Positions 1 through 10,451 of a stretch of DNA of 40,686 nucleotides are shown here, piece by piece (the first letter of the stretch is position 1; each line of letters starts with the position of its first letter). The notes under the pieces were generated by a model. That model was given only the letters and a program-made list of their open reading frames with translations, made no database searches and was not told the origin of the DNA. The stretch comes from Macrostomum lignano (lineage: Eukaryota). A program made the translations under genes and the position numbers. Location: positions 160,721 to 201,406 of the forward strand of contig NIVC01002137.1 in assembly GCA_002269645.1 (NCBI GenBank), given 5' to 3'.

Positions 1-2009
1 ACGTCGTGAGACAAAGTCCCTCGGAGCGACCTAATCCTGACGCCGACAAGACGGTGCCGTGTGATCGACCTGGAGCCATTAAAGCGGAGACTGCGGGAAT
101 CCGGACCCCTCAGCCATGCCGCGCTGTGCTCACTGATTTTCTGAAGCTGCGATGACTCGCCAACAGTTCGTTGAAGCCCAGCGCGCTGACCGAGCCATCA
201 GCTACGTGCTCAACCTGGTCAAGGACGAAGCCCCGAAGCCTGAGTTCGACGCCCGGTTGCGCCTGACGAAGGAGCAGCGGAACCTGCTCGGATACTACGA
301 AACCTGCAGGAGGACAACGGCCTGCTGCTGATTGACCTGTCCGATGGCAGCAGCCGCCAAAGGTTGTTCTGCCTGAGGCCCTTGACGCCCAGGTGCTCCA
401 GGAGCTCCACAGTTCGCCACTGTGTGGACACCTTGGCGAGACGAAGACGTTACTGCGGCTACGAGAACGGTTCTGGAGACCCGGATTAGCCCGTGCTACC
501 AAGACCTTCATCAGTAAGTGCCGCACCTGCCTTGAAAGTAAATCGCGACGGCGAGAGAGAGTCCCGGTCCAGAGCTTCCCAGTCTGCGAAGTTCTGGGTA
601 GAATCCACTGTGATGTAGTAGGACCAATCGCGCAGAAGAGCAAGAGCGGCAACCGCTACATCCTGACCTTGTGCGATGCGACGTCGAAGTATCCATTCGC
701 CTACCCGATGAGAAACCAGAAAGCCAAAACAGTCATCAAGCTTCTGCAGGAGCGCTTCATCCCTGAGTTCGGTGTACCATGCTGGATCCACACCGACCAA
801 GGCACCAACTTCACCGGCTCGGCCTTCAAGAAGTTCTGCGACCTGTTTGGCATTCGGCATACGACAACAACACCGTACAATCCAGCTTCCAACGGACAAG
901 TCGAGAACCTCAACAAACAGCTGAAGAGTGTCCTCACCTGTCTGCTCGAGCGCAACCACAACGACTGGGACACCTTCCTCCCGGCCTGTCTGATGGCTCT
1001 CCGCTCCAGCGTGCACCCGGTGACCGGCTTCACGCCTCACTACCTGGTGTTCAGCCGTGATTTCCGACTCCCGATCGACAACGCGCTGAAGAAGCTGCCC
1101 GAGTACGCCGACCTGCCCGACTACGTCAAGGACTTCCAACGTCGCCTGGACGAGGCGACTGAGCTAGCCAAGGAGCGCCTGCATCTGCACCAGCAACTGC
1201 GAGACGAGCACTATTCGAACCTGCCCGCCGCCACGAAGCTTCAACCCGGTGATCTGGTCTTCCTCAACAACCCGGTACTCGAACCGGATGAGGCGGCGAA
1301 GTTTCATCGACCTCGCAAAGCCCTATACGAAGTCGTCGAGCCCAAGGGCGAGGTCGTCTACAAGATTCGACGGAGACTGCCCAACCCGAGAGCCAGACGA
1401 GACGAACTAGTCGTCCATCGCCGGAACCTTCTGCTCGTGCCTGACGCTGACTACACGAGAACTTCGGACCCTGAAGTCGACAAACCGAAGAAACGCCGGC
1501 GGCCGCCCGACGTCCCCGACGGCGCAGGACCCGCGACCCTGACGCCAATCCCCGAGGACGACCAGGACGACCCCGACGATGACGATGATGACGGCTACGA
1601 CGCAAGGCCGGCCTTCCGATGGCACTTCCGGCCTTTGGCGATCCCGGAGGTGCAGCCAGGAGGTGGACCGGTCACGACACCAGCGAACCAGGCAAGTGCA
1701 CTTCGGCGTGAGCCAGTGCCGTATGGTGAATGTCATCTGCATAAGCCTGTTCTTGATGCGTCTATGCCTGCTGTTTCTTTTCCGCCCGTTTCTGCTCCCG
1801 CTCCCAGTGCTGCTTTTTCTGTGGTCCAGACCCCTGGGCCGTCGTTATGCACCACTCCGGTGGAAGCGTCATTAGGGTCTGTAGATGTCGGTAGGCCGGC
1901 TAGGAATCGTAGGCAGCCTGAGAGGCTAATTATTAATCCTAGGGCCAAGACGTATGTTAGTCGCACTGCCCGCATCTGCGTGCACCGATCAACCCAACGC
2001 AGCGATTAA
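1..2009 (+). CDS. pol: 3' part of gypsy pol, copy A (RH-IN linker end plus integrase); starts outside the window
   Basis: ORF 393-2009 has the HHCC zinc finger (ELH...GHLG...CRTC), a DDE core (HCDVVGP, HTDQG, QVE) and a C-terminal RPARNRRQPERL. Near-identical to 7910-9921. Three 1-nt losses (about 150, 301, 348) relative to copy B. Confidence 0.95.
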
Positions 2010-2527
2010 CTCTGACTCTGTGGACTTGGTGCTGACAGGCACCCTCTGATTTTTCCCTGCTCTACTTTATGTGGCGCCTCAATAGCGGGCCAGCGCCCCC
2101 GCAATGCGTACTCTTTTATCTTCCCGTGAGCTGTTGCTCTGATGCAGTTCTGCATCCCCCTTCTCCCCAGTGACGGGCTCTGCCGGCTGTCTATGGTATC
2201 CCGTATATTTAGGCGCCCATTTTCCGGGCCGGCGCCCCCAAACCGCTGTTGGACTGAGGTCCTGATTCTGCGTACGCCGAGGGACTTGCCAGCCCCTCCG
2301 ATTTTATGATTTTCTAGGGCTCTGCCTTGGCGTGGGCAACCCACCGGTGCTATTGGTGCTTCGCCATTTTGGGTCACAATCCTGACCTTGGCCCAGCCGT
2401 GTAATAATTTGCATGCCTTGTGACACTGCCATCCTTTTGCCAGGCATTTGTAATAAGTTTATTTAGTAAAATCACTATTTCGTTTATTAAATAAAGCGCG
2501 CTTCGCTCTCACTCCGCCTCTTCATTT

Positions 2528-2539
2528 GAACGGGGAGAG
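2528..2539 (+). other. Polypurine tract (PPT) of copy A
   Basis: GAACGGGGAGAG directly abuts the TGTAGT LTR start at 2540; the same motif is at 10440-10451. Confidence 0.85.
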
Positions 2540-3530
2540 TGTAGTGATCCGCTAGTTGGTGTTAGGCGTCCCACTTTGTCAGCAGTCTCCCTCGCCCTCG
2601 CCCTGGGTTGCTGTCTGCCGCTGGTCAGCTTCCCGCCCCCTTGGCCCGTCTGTTGCTGCCCTTGGCCTGTTCTGCCCTTCTGCGTCTCTGTTCTCAGCCC
2701 TCAGCTTCTCTGCTGTGGGCTGTCTCTGTTTCGTTCCCGTCCCGTTTTCCTCTGTCATGTGAGCAAGTCACATGACAGACTCTGCGTTCTTCGAGTCCTA
2801 AAGTGCAGTAAACATGTTTACTGCACTCGTTGGCCCTGTTTACCGGGAGAATCACGTGCTTTCGGACCCCTCCCTTCTCTAAGGAGAGGAGTGACTCATG
2901 TTGCTAAAAATAGCAACTGAGTCACAGCCGCGTGTACTCTGGCCGGAGACCTTAAGTGACGTCAGTTCTAAAAATAGAACGAGTCACGAGGTCTTGCGCG
3001 CACTGAGACCCTGCCCGAGACCTCAAGTGACGTCAGTTCTAAAAATAGAACAAGTCACGAGGTCTTGTGCGTGGGTGTTTCCCGGCTATAAATAGGACCC
3101 CTCTCCCCTTGTTTCCGTCAAGGAAAGGCTTCTTATCTGCGGAGAATTCACTAAGAACCCGTGTGCGTCAGTGTCTAACTAAGTGCCCTTTGCGTACTGA
3201 ATCCGTTTGTACTGGTCTGACTGAGACCCCACTAAAGCCCAAGCCTAAGGGAGGCTAACACTGCCTTCCCAGTCACCCCTGAGCCCGGCGGGGATCTGCT
3301 GATCAGGACGCCTTGTTCATTAATCTGCAAATCTGCACGCTGTGCTGAGTTCGTTGACTTGTTTATTTCGTTCCGACGGGAAGCTCACCTCATCGAAGGC
3401 CGAGACCTGAAGGAACTGGTGGCAGCACTACCTACGCTACTGCGCGCTGAAAGGACTTCCCACTGAAGAGGCTCGAGGTTTAAGGTAATCCGCAAGGGCC
3501 TAATACGGGAAGCAAACAGCGTGTACTTCA
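2540..3530 (+). mobile_element. Shared (middle) LTR of the gypsy tandem; the 3' boundary could extend to about 3585
   Basis: Starts TGTAGTGA after the PPT and ends GTACTTCA before a PBS-like TGG. About 99% identical to the LTR at 10452 up to position 3484. Homologous to the solo LTR at 33595-34557. Confidence 0.9.
2892..3095 (+). promoter_or_regulatory. LTR U3 enhancer/promoter: AP-1 sites, CRE sites, MEF2 sites and TATA box
   Basis: TGACTCA 2892, TGAGTCA 2918, TGACGTCA 2957 and 3028, CTAAAAATAG 2904, 2968 and 3039, TATAAATA 3087. Repeated at +7912 in the second LTR. Motif matches only; function is inferred. Confidence 0.65.
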
Positions 3531-3531
3531 C

Positions 3532-3553
3532 TGGTGACGCAGCGGTGAGATCC
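3532..3553 (+). other. Primer-binding site (degenerate tRNA-Leu complement) of copy B
   Basis: TGGTGACGCAGCGGTGAGATCC versus TGGTGGCAGCGGTGGGATTC: a 2-nt insertion and 2 substitutions. Confidence 0.65.
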
Positions 3554-3620
3554 GACTACGACACACCCAAGCAACCGCTCTTTCGAGAACGACATCGGCC
3601 AGCGACTACGACAAGTCAAC

Positions 3621-4796
3621 ATGTTCAACGAGCGAGACGAGAGCCGGTGCAGCAGCCGGCTGGATCAGCACATCAGCAGTTCGAGGCCTGCGGCCGCAGA
3701 AGCCGCCGCAGCAGCAGCAGCGATCAACGACTTTGGTCAGCAGCCAACGCCGAGGCAAGGTGCGAGAAGCGACGTGTCCGACGACCCGCCAGACGAGCTT
3801 CTGCAAGGCCTGGACAACATCGGCCGGAACATCACGCACCAAGACGTCAGGACCATGATGGCAGCTCTGCAGCAGCAGATGGAGCGGCCCGTGAGTAAAC
3901 AAGTTAAAATTGTGAAGTTTACTCCAAGTCAGGACATTCATGTCTGGCTTGCCGCGTTCGAGCAGCGTTGCGAGATGGAGCGCATCGTCGACCCGTTCGA
4001 GATGAAGCAACACCTCATCGCGAGTCTCGATTTGGCTACTGCGTATCCAGCCTTGCTTGGTATGAATCTTCCGCGTTTCGCCAGCTACGAGGAGGTCAAG
4101 CAACGTCTGATTGAGCGATTTGCCCGTCATGGTGGTGCTGATGAGTATCGAGAACTGTTGCGACGTCGTCAACAAGGCAAGAATGAGTCAGCAGAAGAGT
4201 TTGCTGACGCCCTGAGAACTCTGGGTGAACGTGCATATCCTCGAATGCATCCTGAAGACCGCGAGAAGGAGATTACTGATCAATTTCTTGCTGGTATCCG
4301 GACGACTCCAGATCTGCGCGAACGGCTGTACTGGGTTCGCCCGAACAATCTTCTTGCTGCGATTCGAGAGCTACGACGACTAGAAGGCGCCAAAGAATTG
4401 GCGCACCGATCTGCTCAACCCCCGGTTAGGATGTTGGACGGGGAGGAGGACGGCGACCCGAAACCCGACGTCACCGCCCAAGCCTTGCTGACTCTAACCG
4501 ACTTGATCGAGAAGCAGCAGCGAATGCTGGATCACCTGGTGCAGCGTGACCAACAGCAGGTAGCCAGCCCGCCAAAGAGAGCTATAATCTGCTATAGCTG
4601 CGGACAGCCCGGTCATCGCAACACCCAGTGCCCGATGCGCCAGAACCAGGGAAACGGCCAGGCGGAGAGCGACAACGGCACCGCCCTCCGCGAGGTCCAA
4701 GCCCAGGCTACTTGGCAGATTCAGAACGGTCGCGAGAAGAAGAGGATGTCGGCTGCGCAGGCGCCAATGCCCAGTCCGACAGTCGCTCGTCAGTAA
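3621..4796 (+). CDS. gag: Gypsy Gag (capsid-like domain plus CCHC zinc knuckle), 391 aa
   Basis: Intact ORF with retrotransposon-gag-like RQQGKNESAEEFADALRTL and CYSCGQPGHRNTQC. Confidence 0.92.
   Translation: MFNERDESRCSSRLDQHISSSRPAAAEAAAAAAAINDFGQQPTPRQGARSDVSDDPPDELLQGLDNIGRNITHQDVRTMMAALQQQMERPVSKQVKIVKFTPSQDIHVWLAAFEQRCEMERIVDPFEMKQHLIASLDLATAYPALLGMNLPRFASYEEVKQRLIERFARHGGADEYRELLRRRQQGKNESAEEFADALRTLGERAYPRMHPEDREKEITDQFLAGIRTTPDLRERLYWVRPNNLLAAIRELRRLEGAKELAHRSAQPPVRMLDGEEDGDPKPDVTAQALLTLTDLIEKQQRMLDHLVQRDQQQVASPPKRAIICYSCGQPGHRNTQCPMRQNQGNGQAESDNGTALREVQAQATWQIQNGREKKRMSAAQAPMPSPTVARQ
4649..4691 (+). other. Putative -1 ribosomal frameshift signal (gag to pol)
   Basis: G GGA AAC heptamer at 4649-4655 is correctly phased in gag, and the -1 frame is open towards the protease. 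GCGGAG (4662) can pair with CTCCGC (4686) about 6 nt downstream. Confidence 0.7.
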
Positions 4797-7700
4797 GCGA
4801 CGCTGAGTGCGGAGGTTTCGTGGACACCTCCCCGAATCAAAAAATCCATGCGCGTGAGGCCGATCCGTACGTCACAGGTCGAGTGCGAGTCGAGAGGTCC
4901 CTTTCTTGCTAGACAGCGGCAGCCGGAAAAACTTCCTCGGTTCGTCAACCTGGGCCGCTATTAGACGCCGGATGCCTCGTTGTATTATATCGCATGCTAT
5001 TCCCGATTGCGTAACTATGTATGACGGGACGCAGCTCCCGCTTGCTTGTAAGGTGACCATCCGGTGGAGTTCGGTGATGTCGTCGCGGACACCGAATTCC
5101 TCGTTACGGTCTCCGATTGTGAAAATTTGCTTGGCGTATCGTTTATGCGAGAGCACTGCCAGAACTTGGACTTCGCTCAAGGAATGCTAACGTTCAACAA
5201 TGGCACGTGCATCCCTGTTCGTTATTCGCGGCGTGAGCTTCAGAACTGCCGAGTGTACACCTCTGAGAAGTGCACCCTGCCGCCTAGAAGTTCAGCGCTG
5301 CTTGCCGTCAGACTGGATGACGGCCACCCTGAGAATCGAGGATCGCCATCAATTGTCGAGCTGGTTAAGTCGAGGCTGCATCCCAGCTGCAACGCTCTGG
5401 AAGCAGCGCCTGCTCTGATGACGATGCCTGAAGGTCGCGGCTACATTGAGGTCGTCAACACCGCCGACAGCGAGGTGTTCCTGCAAGCCGGTATCCGTGT
5501 TGGTGTTGCGACGCCACTCCGAACTGCCGACCTGATGTACTTGAGCGAGACGCCCGAACCTGAAGTGCGCACCTCCCGAAGAACTCTGAAGAGTCCAGCA
5601 CAGCATGGCTAGATGAAGTCGAGATCAACAGCGAATTGTCCAAAGAACAACATCAAAGAGTGCGAGATCTACTAGTCGAATGTCAAGCGGCCTTCTCCAA
5701 GCACTCGCTAGACGCCGGCCTGACTCACCTGGTGACCCACGAGATCATCTTGAAGGACCGGACACCAGTCGCGCTACCACCGCGCCGAATCCCGCCTCAT
5801 CTGAAGGACAAACTCGACGCCCTGCTAGACGAGATGCTGGCGAAGCACATCATTCGCCCTGCCTACTCGAGCTACAATTCGCCAATGCTCATCGTGCCCA
5901 AGAAGGACGGCAACATCCGACTAGTCCACGACTTCAGAGCTCTCAACGACAGGTGTGTGTATCACCCGTATCCGCTCCCGCACATCCAGGAAACCTTCGC
6001 GAAGCTTCGTGGTGCTCAGTGGTATTCTAGCTTGGACCTTGCTCAAGGATTCTGGCAGATCCCGCTGCGCGACTGCGACCAGCACTTGACGGCATTCTCA
6101 GTAATCGACCGCGGCCAATTCTGTTTCAACGTTCTACCGATGGGTCTCCACGACAGTCCTGGCAGCTTTCAGCGTTGCATCAATAAGCTCCTGGACGGCC
6201 TGACGCCAAAGACTGCGCTTGGCTACATGGACGACATCGTGGTGCACTCAGTGACTTTCGAGGAACAGCTGGATAACTTGCGAACTGTACTTCAGCGCAT
6301 CATCGCAGCCAACCTCAAAGTGAAACCGAAGAAGTGTCATTTGTTCCTCAAGGAGCTGCATTATTTAGGTCACGTCGTGACTCCCGACGGCCTGAAGACC
6401 TGTGAGGACAAGATTGCGCAGATCCGTGATTGGCCCGTGCCACAGTCCGTTACTCAACTGAGACAATTCCTAGGCCTCGCCAATTACTACCACAAGTTTG
6501 TCGACGGCTACGCTGGAGTGGCTGCGCCGCTGCATGCCCTGACGCGAAAGGACATTGGCAGCCTACGGCAGCATTGGACTCCCGAGCATCAGGTAGCGTT
6601 CGACACTTTGAAGAAGAAATTGTGTTCTACTGAAGTTCTCGCTCTGCCTGAATTTAATTCTGATCCTGCTGTGAAGTTTGTCCTCGACACGGATGCCTCT
6701 GATATTCGAATAGGCGCTTGTCTTGGACAACTGCAATCCGACGGCGTCGAACGTCCAATTGCATTCTTTAGCCGTAAACTTCGCGATCCTGAGAAGCGCT
6801 ACACGGTCACGAAGAAAGAGCTGCTTGCAATTGTGGACGCTATGCGACATTTCCGTCATTACTTAATCGGCAAGAAGTTTGAAGTTCGATCCGATCATCG
6901 GGCCTTACTGTGGTTACTGAACCAAACTCAGGCCACAGGTATTTTAGGCCGCTGGATCGAGCGCCTAAGCGAGTTCCGCTTCCAGCTCAACCACCGCAAA
7001 GGCAAGGACCACGCCAACGCTGATGCCCTGTCAAGAAGACCGGAGGGCCCGCCGATCTTCTTCGAGCATGGCCGACTGCTAGAGCAACCTGGTTCTACCG
7101 CCCGACCCGGTGACGACCACGACCTGGAACCGGATTTGGACCCGACACCCGAGGCCACTGCCAGAGCAGCCCTCCAGAAGACAGTCCACTCTCGCTGCTT
7201 GGAGGCCAAGACTGACCTGGACGAAGACCTGGAAGCCACTGCGCCAGCAGCCTTCCAGCACGACGCCCACCGCTGCAGTCAACGCCTGGAGACCGGCCTG
7301 GACGACAACTCAGAGGCCACTGCGACAACAGCCCTCTGCCGCGATGCCCATCCGCCTACCGCAACTTGGAGACCAACCTGGACGAAGACCTTGAGGCCAC
7401 TGTGAACACAGACCTCCTTGACGACGCCCAAGACCTCAGGTCTCGGAATCTGGAGACGCCCACGGACCAAGATTCAAAGGCCACCGCGCCGGCAGCCCTT
7501 CTGATGACGGCCCGCAACGCAACTCCAGGACAGCAACTTAAGTACAACCCTCCTGAGCCTTTCGCTGAGATCTCTCGCCATGTTGACAGGGGCCAGAATC
7601 TCGCGCCAGCTGCAAGGTCGAAGCTCTGTCCCCCGGGCCGACAGACAGCTGCTCATCGCCTGTGCGGAAAGTCGAGTCCCCCTTTGCGACACCGCCCAGT

Positions 7701-9921
7701 GCTGGAGAAGACTCACCCAATTTTGACGACGACTGAGCCGACGGCTACGGCTGCCTGCGACGAGGCGTGCTTCACGTGTTGCGTCCCGCCCTACAGCCAA
7801 GAGTCGCCTGTGCTATGCAGTGGAGGCATGCGCGCTGCTCCATCTGCGGAATCTTCTGTCATGAGAGCGATGAAGAGAACTTCGATTCGAGATCAACGGA
7901 CGTACGCCGACGTCGTGAGACAAAGTCCCTCGGAGCGACCTAATCCTGACGCCGACAAGACGGTGCCGTGTGATCGACCTGGAGCCATTAAAGCGGAGAC
8001 TGCGGGAATCCGGACCCCTCAGCCATGCCGCGCTGTGCTCACTGATTTTCTGAAGCTGCCGATGACTCGCCAACAGTTCGTTGAAGCCCAGCGCGCTGAC
8101 CGAGCCATCAGCTACGTGCTCAACCTGGTCAAGGACGAAGCCCCGAAGCCTGAGTTCGACGCCCGGTTGCGCCTGACGAAGGAGCAGCGGAACCTGCTCG
8201 GATACTACGAAAACCTGCAGGAGGACAACGGCCTGCTGCTGATTGACCTGTCCGATGGCCAGCAGCCGCCAAAGGTTGTTCTGCCTGAGGCCCTTGACGC
8301 CCAGGTGCTCCAGGAGCTCCACAGTTCGCCACTGTGTGGACACCTTGGCGAGACGAAGACGTTACTGCGGCTACGAGAACGGTTCTGGAGACCCGGATTA
8401 GCCCGTGCTACCAAGACCTTCATCAGTAAGTGCCGCACCTGCCTTGAAAGTAAATCGCGACGGCGAGAGAGAGTTCCGGTCCAGAGCTTCCCAGTCTGCG
8501 AAGTTCTGGGTAGAATCCACTGTGATGTAGTAGGACCAATCGCGCAGAAGAGCAAGAGCGGCAACCGCTACATCCTGACCTTGTGCGATGCGACGTCGAA
8601 GTATCCATTCGCCTACCCGATGAGAAACCAGAAAGCCAAAACAGTCATCAAGCTTCTGCAGGAGCGCTTCATCCCTGAGTTCGGTGTACCATGCTGGATC
8701 CACACCGACCAAGGCACCAACTTCACCGGCTCGGCCTTCAAGAAGTTCTGCGACCTGTTTGGCATTCGGCATACGACAACAACACCGTACAATCCAGCTT
8801 CCAACGGACAAGTCGAGAACCTCAACAAACAGCTGAAGAGTGTCCTCACCTGTCTGCTCGAGCGCAACCACAACGACTGGGACACCTTCCTCCCGGCCTG
8901 TCTGATGGCTCTCCGCTCCAGCGTGCACCCGGTGACCGGTTTCACGCCTCACTACCTGGTGTTCGGCCGTGACTTCCGACTCCCGATCGACAACGCGCTG
9001 AAGAAGCTGCCCGAGTACGCCGACCTGCCCGACTACGTCAAGGACTTCCAACGTCGCCTGGACGAGGCGACTGAGCTAGCCAAGGAGCGCCTGCATCTGC
9101 ACCAGCAACTGCGAGACGAGCACTATTCGAACCTGCCCGCCGCCACGAAGCTTCAACCCGGTGATCTGGTCTTCCTCAACAACCCGGTACTCGAACCGGA
9201 TGAGGCGGCGAAGTTTCATCGACCTCGCAAAGCCCTATACGAAGTCGTCGAGCCCAAGGGCGAGGTCGTCTACAAGATTCGACGGAGACTGCCCAACCCG
9301 AGAGCCAGACGAGACGAACTAGTCGTCCATCGCCGGAACCTTCTGCTCGTGCCTGACGCTGACTACACGAGAACTTCGGACCCTGAAGTCGACAAACCGA
9401 AGAAACGCCGGCGGCCGCCCGACGTCCCCGACGGCGCAGGACCCGCGACCCTGACGCCAATCCCCGAGGACGACCAGGACGACCCCGACGATGACGATGA
9501 TGACGGCTACGACGCAAGGCCGGCCTTCCGATGGCACTTCCGGCCTTTGGCGATCCCGGAGGTGCAGCCAGGAGGTGGACCGGTCACGACACCAGCGAAC
9601 CAGGCAAGTGCACTTCGGCGTGAGCCAGTGCCGTATGGTGAATGTCATCTGCATAAGCCTGTTCTTGATGCGTCTATGCCTGCTGTTTCTTTTCCGCCCG
9701 TTTCTGCTCCCGCTCCCAGTGCTGCTTTTTCTGTGGTCCAGACCCCTGGGCCGTCGTTATGCACCACTCCGGTGGAAGCGTCATTAGGGTCTGTAGATGT
9801 CGGTAGGCCGGCTAGGAATCGTAGGCAGCCTGAGAGGCTAATTATTAATCCTAGGGCCAAGACGTATGTTAGTCGCACTGCCCGCATCTGCGTGCACCGA
9901 TCAACCCAACGCAGCGATTAA
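4650..9921 (+). CDS. pol: Gypsy Pol, copy B: protease - RT - RNase H - long linker - integrase; four apparent 1-nt frameshifts (about 4887, 5062, 5575, 7350)
   Basis: Protease FLLDSGS and ENLLGVSF; RT YNSPMLIVPKKDG, LDLAQGFWQ, MPMGL-like VLPMGL, YMDD; RNase H FVLDTDASD, ELLAIV, SDHRAL; HHCC plus DDE integrase. The PR-RT-RH-IN order defines Ty3/gypsy. Confidence 0.95.
7124..7500 (+). repeat. About 5 degenerate 75-87-nt coding repeats in the RNase H-integrase linker
   Basis: Recurrent (C/T)TGGAG..CTGGACGA..GAGGCCACTG, encoding LE(T)xLDxDxEAT-like units. Confidence 0.7.
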
Positions 9922-10451
9922 CTCTGACTCTGTGGACTTGGTGCTGACAGGCACCCTCTGATTTTTCCCTGCTCTACTTTATGTGGCGCCTCAATAGCGG
10001 GCCAGCGCCCCCGCAATGCGTACTCTTTTATCTTCCCGTGAGCTGTTGCTCTGATGCAGTTCTGCATCCCCCTTCTCCCCAGTGACGGGCTCTGCCGGCT
10101 GTCTATGGTATCCCGTATATTTAGGCGCCCATTTTCCGGGCCGGCGCCCCCAAACCGCTGTTGGACTGAGGTCCTGATTCTGCGTACGCCCGAGGGACTT
10201 GCCAGCCCCTCCGATTTTATGATTTTCTAGGGCTCTGCCTTGGCGTGGGCAACCCACCGGTGCTATTGGTGCTTCGCCATTTTGGGTCACAATCCTGACC
10301 TTGGCCCAGCCGTGTAATAATTTGCATGCCTTGTGACACTGCCATCCTTTTGCCAGGCATTTGTAATAATTTATTTAGTAAAATCACTATTTCGTTTATT
10401 AAATAAAGCGCGCTTCGCTCTCACTCCGCCTCTTCATTTGAACGGGGAGAG

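Noticed and set aside
2006-2377. 123-aa antisense ORF in the gypsy 3' UTR as an env-like or accessory gene
   Set aside because: No recognisable motif, signal peptide or TM segment. It is frameshifted in the other copy (one of the two may be an error), and its length is unremarkable for GC-rich DNA.
4880-7370. Frameshifts in pol, GIPC and the GPCR read as pseudogenisation or programmed recoding
   Set aside because: Nearly all are single-base losses in short G, C or A runs with no accompanying nonsense codons, and copy A versus copy B shows the same pattern. This is typical of long-read consensus error.
110-9887. Many overlapping and antisense ORFs across gag-pol
   Set aside because: Shadow ORFs of GC-rich coding sequence.
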